Below are positions 57,076-64,000 of a DNA stretch of 64,000 bases, piece by piece. Below the pieces are notes generated by a model. The model was not told the origin of the DNA. It made no database searches and saw only the letters and a program-made list of their open reading frames with translations. The DNA comes from Octopus vulgaris (lineage: Eukaryota). Each line of letters starts with the position of its first letter. Position 1 is the first letter of the stretch. The DNA is taken from NCBI GenBank assembly GCA_951406725.2, contig OX597824.1:52514001-52578000 (forward strand), written 5' to 3'. The translations under genes and the position numbers were made by a program.

Positions 57076-58264
57076 TTAAAATTATTTAAGATAAATGGCT
57101 TTAAATAAGAAACGTAAGGTAAAAGTGATAAGCTTCGTAAATCAGAATTTTTTCTTAAGTCAAGCTCAGAACAGCATTTTGATTCTCAGTTGACACCATT
57201 TCAATTTCAATTTATTGCAATAGGTTAAGTTGTGCAGAAGAAAATGGTCCTGGTGATAATCTATTTACCCACCCACATCCAGTTCCCAATACAAGAACTG
57301 CTTTCTAATCACTGAAGATATCTAACGAAATATTTCAACTGAAACTTAATCTTGTATTACTTCAGTTCACGTAGTTGTTAGAAATAGTTAATAAACCACA
57401 CATACGAATGCTAACTACAATAGACAATTATCATAACTTGAAGGATACCTATTTCTCATCCACGCCATGTCATAATAATTCAGATAATCCATGCTCTTTC
57501 TCAAACGCTCCGAGGAGTTCATGAGACATTTCCTTGCACTGCTAATTTCCCTTTCATCTCTCGAGATATTTTAGTAATGTATAAAGGGAAATGGTATTAA
57601 TATCCATTAATACGATATGTCATCAATAGGTACAAATAGCAATGTCCATCAAAGAAAAGGATCAACTTCTATATACCTGTTTCTCATAACCCTAAAAAAT
57701 ACGGCTTTAGAACCTATATCAGAAATAATTTAAGCTATTACATACACTTTCCTTCCACATCTCTGATTCAACTTAAGCAATAATACTTTAGGAACAGTAA
57801 TGTCAACGTAAGAGCAAGTTAATCAATTTCCTCGACCTCACTGAAATAAAGCGACGGGTGTTCAAATCCCACCAACATTGACATTGCATGTCATCCTTCA
57901 GAGGATCGATAAAATAGGGACCAGTACAGTAAGGGGCCAATATAATCAGTTCGGTGTTTACTATAGTATAAGGAATCAAGGTGGTGATACTTTGCGATAT
58001 TCGATACGTCTGTCTGCATTCTGAGTTAAAATCTCGTTAAGGTCATATTAGTGCTTCATCCTTTAAGAATCAATAAACACAATACATGTCATCTGCTGTG
58101 ACCATTTCCTCTCTCTTTCTCTCTTTCTCTCTATCTCTCTCCCTCTCTCCTCTCTCACCCTCTCTCTCCCACACTTTCCATTTATATTACAATCTTTCTA
58201 TCTGTTTGCCTGTCTAGCTATCGACGTCTCTGTCTGATTATCTGTCTGTTTATCTATGTGTCTT

Positions 58265-58319
<55 letters not shown>

Positions 58320-58789
58320 GTATGTCTATCTGTCTGTCTATCTTTTTGTCTCTCTGTCTGCCTGTTCATTTATATCTTTCTATCTATACGTATCTTTTTA
58401 TATCTGTCTCACCGTATCAATCTATATCTATACCTGTCTAATTATATCTATCTATCCAGCTATTTATCCAGCTACCAATCGATCTATGTATCCATTTATC
58501 TACATATATAACTAACTAGCTACTTAGCCAGTTAACTCTGAAATGTCTATAATTTAAACCTCCTGTCTTTTTTACATACTGCCTGAAACTCGCGAATTGC
58601 TTCAACTGCTACACGGCAGAAAACTCAACTGCTTGCACGTTAATTTCACGTGTAAAAATTCACTTGGATTCTCAATAGAGAGACCTATATTAGAATATAT
58701 TCTAATCCACCATATTAGAAACTATTAATGTTGTTGTTGTTGTTATTATTATTATTATTGTTGTTGTTATTATTATTATTATTATCATT

Positions 58790-59204
58790 AAGGCGGTGAG
58801 CTGCAGAAACGTTAGCGCGCCGGGCGAAATGCTTAGTAGTATTTTGTCCGTCTTTACGTTCTGAGTTCAAATTCCGTCGAGGTCGACTTTGCCTTTCATC
58901 CTTTCGGGGTCGATTAAATAAGTACCAGTTATGCACTGGGGTCTATATAATCGACTTAATCCGTTTGCCTGTCCTTGTTTGTCCCTTCTGTGTTTAGCCC
59001 CTTGTGGGTAGTAAAGAAATAGGTATTTCGTCTGCCGCTACGTTCTAAGTTCAAATTCCGCCGAGCTTGACTTTGCCTTTCATCCTTTCGGGATCAATGA
59101 AAATAAGTACCAGTTACGCAACTGGGATCGATGTAATCGACTAGCCCCCATCACCAAAAGATTTTCAAAGCCTTGTACCTAGAGTAGGAATAATAATAAT
59201 AATA

Positions 59205-59250
<46 letters not shown>

Positions 59251-59455
59251 TATTATTATTATTATTATCAAGGAGGCGAACTGGTAGAATAGTTAGTATG
59301 CCGGATAATATGATTAATGGCATTTCTTCCAACTTTAAATTATGAGTTTATATTCCATTTTTCATCTTTTCGAGGTTAATGAAATAAGTACCAGTCATCG
59401 AATAACCCCCGCCCACAAAATTTGAGCCTTCGTGCCTATAGTAGAAAAGATTATC
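58790..59455 (+). mobile_element. SINE family II dimer (58790-59190) plus diverged monomer (59270-59455)
   Basis: Head AAGGCGGTGAGCTGCAGAA; the core GCCTTTCATCCTTTCGGG is present twice. Confidence 0.88.
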
Positions 59456-59639
59456 ATTTTTATTTTGTCTATCGACACGTAATGTATATCGCTTCCATAA
59501 GTTAGTTATTATTTCTATTACTACACCAAGTTGTATATTGAACATTAGATAGCTAGTAAGTTTTCTCCATCTGTAGTCCATAGGGATTAAATTGGGCTTT
59601 ATTTAGCAAACACGCCCACCAATTTTTGCTTAAAAAAAG

Positions 59640-62600
59640 AATGATGGTGGATGCAGATTGTTCGTCCGCTGAACTGAATAGCCAGCTATCTGCACAACGG
59701 AACAGAAAACATGTCATTTCAATGACAGCAGCAGCAGTAACAACAACAACAGCAATAACAACACAGCACGGGGTAAGTATGATGTTTATTTTCCGCTGCT
59801 AAAAATTTCAACACCGTCTTGACCGTCACAGGGACAACAAAAGAGAACAATGACAACAAGCAACAACAATACGAGCAAGAACACTGCCACCTCCAGCACT
59901 TCCACTGCCATCAACCCACCTCCAGCACCTCCACCACCATCACCCACCTCCACTATAACCAACACAAACATTAACACACCGGAAACAACTGAATGGAAAT
60001 GGTTTCGCACAAGCGTGCTGTCGACTGGAGAAACTTGACGCGTAGGAAAATATGTTAAATGACGCCAAAGCGCACTTAACAAAGAACGAGAGAACATTAT
60101 TTCTAAACACGCCAAAGGAAATACAAAATGATAATAGAAAAAAAAAGCTATTGTCAACAAGTGTATTTCATCAAAGGCCAGGAAACTGGAGTGGGCTACA
60201 TAAGCCGGATCGAAAAATGCCTAAGATCAAGTCTGGTAGAATCAAAGTTTATGTCACTTGAGGAAGACACTTAGGTACAGTTGAGGTGAGATTCTCAATT
60301 GAAGAAAAAGCCAAGGAAAGTGCAACAATAACCCTCAAAAGTGAAGAATTGTGGATAATCCCAACATACCTCGGTCGGAAGGCGGTTAAAGTAAAGGTGG
60401 AAAAGATACCAACAGAAGTGTATACACAGCTGTTCGTAGTAGTCATGGGCAAAAGGCCGAGATGCCACATTTATGGTGAAACAAACCACTTACATGTTTT
60501 CTGCCCCATGCAAAGAAAGAAAACCCTCGATGCTGCAGATTCCTCTTTCACGACATCAGCATCAAAAGAAACAAAAACAGCACCAACAGCTTCTGTGCCT
60601 GAAGCAGCAGCATCCAAAATACTAACAGCATCAAAAGAAGGAACAACAGGAAAGATAAAGATATATTCAACAACAAAATGTGGTACAGGCATGCACCTGT
60701 ACCACATTCGAGCAAAAAAATTAACATTCCCTGTACCATCGCAACTGAGAGAAGCTTCACCCACACAAATCAACCAAACCACCAGCTTAGAAATGCGTGA
60801 GTGTGCAGGCATACCTTTCACCACTGCCACAGATTTCTTCGACTGTGAAAATTCGTTTAGCGAGTAAAATATTTTAGAAGAAAACCACCAGAATGGATCC
60901 TGAAGAAGGGAAAAGAAGCAAATTATAAACATGAAAAGTGCGGTACAAGATTAGAAGCGAAAAAAAATTGGAGGAGACACAGAGCCAACAAACCATCTCA
61001 CACACGCACATTCTACACCAACACAACTACAAACATCTCCAACACTATAAACATCACTAACATTGCAAACACCTCGACAAACGAAAACAGATAGTAATCC
61101 AAACAAACATGAACATTACTCCCAAGGCATCTTCAATTACACCTTATAAATAGCCAGGACAGAACGCCTGTCTCCGCAGAGAATTAGAGTGATTCGCTTC
61201 ACACTCCTTCTCTCTGACAAACATGGCCTTTCTCAGAATAAGAAGTATAAATGCACGCAGCCTGAGGTCGCCTTGGAAAGAGGGTTACCTACTCAGTTAT
61301 CTCAGTATAGATGTCATGGCTATCAGTGAAACCAGACTTTCTAATCGACAAGCTTTCATTCCCATTTTCGGTGGATACGACATTTATTTATTTCCATGTC
61401 AACTGGAAATAGAGTAAGGATGGAATTGTGGTGTTTTTCCGGAAAGTTCTGGATCTCAAGATAAGAGCCATCTTCCTGGACCCAGAAGGCAAGTTAGTGG
61501 TCTTGGATGTGAACAGTAGCGACGGGGTGCTATCGGAGTGGTGGCTATTTTTGCTCCGACAGGAGCGGGATAGCCGGGTATCTTCAAACGTCTTATAGTC
61601 AACTGGAACACCATCTTGGATGTGCGTTTAGATTGTGTGGGACTAGATGTTAGAAAAGAGGGGTGCTAAAGATTCGCCAACCTGCTCAGACGTTCTCAAC
61701 TGACAATACTGACAGGTTTCTCGGATGTATTATCTGGACATGGACGAACTGCATCAGGTCATCAAGATCGTATCTAGATAGAGTAGTCTGTAGGTTAGTA
61801 GATAAGGATAGCATAAATTGTCCACTATTTAAAATCATTGGCGACACAGACCGCAAATTTGTAATCTGCACGGTAGGTTTTGTAGGTAGGCACCCAGTTA
61901 TTGGAAGCTGAACGCGTCACCCCTGGCGTGCCAAGCTTACGGAAACCGGCTTAGCAAATTATTTAAGCGGGCAGTGACAGGGTCAAATGTCAACAACAAA
62001 AGATGAATGCCCGAAAAGGGCAATTAAAGTAGAATCAGTTGGGCTTAGTAAGGCATTAGCGATAGAAGGAAATAGAATAAAGGAAAACTTAGAAACTTAA
62101 AAGAGGCGCTTAAGAAAGGTATCGCAACCGACATGCGCGTAGCAAGATTAGCCCTGGACCAATTCTTCAACGCCAAGGTGTTAGCAAAGTGGTTAGCCAA
62201 AGTGTTAGCAAAGAGGTTGGCGCTTGTCGTCGAGGAAATGATTGATGATGCACAAACATGTGCCATCCCAAGCAGATCCATCCACGACGACTTCTACCTC
62301 ATGAGATACATAATAGACAGGGTGGGCAAAAGAGCTGGCATAAATGGAATCCTGATCGATATGTACCAATCGATAAGGTCGACCACCTCTACTTGGCTGC
62401 CGTTCTCACCGCGGCCGGTTTCAGTCCTGTTTTCCGTGGTTGGATTGCCTCAATGTACAGCGATATCTGCTCGGTAGTCCAGGTGAGTGGTTACTTATCG
62501 GAGGCATTCAGCATCATGTAATTGGTCCGTCAACAGTGTCCCCTCCCATTCCTTCTGCATGTACTAACTCTACAAGTGGCTCTACTAGAGCCACTACAAC

Positions 62601-63550
62601 GGAAATTAAAGGTGTCAGCATATGTGGAAGACGTCACCTTCATAGTGTCGAACACTAGGCATATGGCCTTGATCGATGCTGCTCTAAGAGAACAGTAGCT
62701 GGTGACAGGAGTAAAAATTACCGTAGAAAAGTCAGTGGGCCTTCTGTCAGTCAACCAGTGCGGTCTGTGGAAGTTCAATTTGGCGTTCTATAGAGCATAA
62801 TGGTGTAGAAGTCCGACGTCGCTCTCAAGAAAGCTCTGGGCGTCAACGAGAATTAACTGGTTGGTCTATTTTGGAGGACCTTCTTTCAGGAACCGATGGA
62901 TAATTTCCAGAAATCTCTGGGACTATTGCCAGTTTGGTACAAACCCTACAGGCATGGAAGTATCCGAGATGCACGCAGAGCGAGGAGATGCCCGAGCGAT
63001 GAAACTGTTCTTCATGCTGTCACGTGCATGACGGATGCGGTTTTCGGTTGATTCTATTGTGAAAATCGTCCCGCCGCCTTCGTTTAGCCCGGAAGAGCAG
63101 ACATTGTCCATTTACCTGCTAGCCTTTGCTAAAGAGGTTCTGTGGTGGACCGGATTGAAAGTGCTGAAGACAGATACTTTCCACTTTAGTCTAGCCCTCA
63201 TCAACATTTTCAAGTTCCACCTGAAAAGGAAGGTGCAGGTAGAGAGGGAAGTGCATACTTCCAGCTACTTTGTTGAAAGCTGCGTGAATGCAGCAAGATT
63301 GGTTCGAGTGAACAGGCCAACTCTAAGCATGCACATGTAGATTGAAGGAAGACGATTTGGAAAGGGCATTTGCCCTAGTAGTCAGGACATCAGTGGTTTT
63401 GTGGGGTTTCTACGAGCAGCCCTAGGAAGTCTCCTTTTGGGAAATTTTTCGTTGTTGGAATTTGTATTGTTATCGTTTTTACTTTTTGTAAGCTTCTTTG
63501 TGTGACCTCACATTGTGTTTCCTGTTTTTGTGAAACTTTAGTGGTAAGTA

Positions 63551-63551
<1 letters not shown>
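59640..63551 (+). mobile_element. Tx1/L1-clade LINE, decayed and internally deleted; related to 1966-5460
   Basis: ORF1 GKRPRCHIYGETNHLHVFC; ORF2 from 61223 SINARSL..AISETRL, SYLDR, YWKLNAS, AQTCAIPSRSIHD, SAYVEDVT; ends at (TAG)n. The 5' boundary is approximate. Confidence 0.87.
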
Positions 63552-63638
<87 letters not shown>

Positions 63639-63642
63639 TGTG

Positions 63643-63699
<57 letters not shown>

Positions 63700-64000
63700 A
63701 GGCGATGAGCTGACAGAACCCTTAGCACGCTAGGCAAAATGCTTAGTAATATTTCGTCCGCTTTCCGTTCTGAGTTTAAATTCCGCCGAGGTCTACTATG
63801 CCTTTTGTCATTTCGAGGCTGATAAAATAAGTACCAGTTGGGCACTGGGGTACTATGTGATCGACTTACTCCTACCCCGGAATTGTTAGTCTTGTGCCAA
63901 AATTTGAAATCATTATTATCGTTAGTAGTAATGCCGCGAGCTGGCAGAAACGTTAGCACGCCGGGCGAAATGCTTAGCGGTATTTCGTCTGCGTTATGTT
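63700..64000 (+). mobile_element. Two SINE family II copies (second runs off the window)
   Basis: Heads at ~63700 and ~63933. Confidence 0.85.

Overview
Eukaryotic, AT-rich, microsatellite-dense genomic DNA with no intact host gene that I can support. The SINE families and repeat landscape look like an octopus (coleoid cephalopod) genome, which is an inference from pattern recognition and not from a search. Almost all long ORFs in the track are microsatellite artefacts or retroelement/transposon relics. The relics are: two internally deleted Tx1/L1-clade LINEs; a co-oriented stack of R4/Dong-type RLE-LINEs inside (TAA)n tracts; two Penelope-like elements (PLEs); three Tc1/mariner relics; a Helitron-like element; three tRNA-SINE families; and five copies of an unclassified ~555-bp non-coding retroposon. 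The least expected signal is a set of at least eight hand-folded type-I hammerhead ribozyme (HHR)-like motifs from different families. They sit in PLE terminal-repeat-like fragments beside (TA)n/(GATA)n tracts, two carry the compensatory U3:A8 core pair, and two lie within long inverted repeats. A weak candidate host first exon and 10-nt microexon are also noted.
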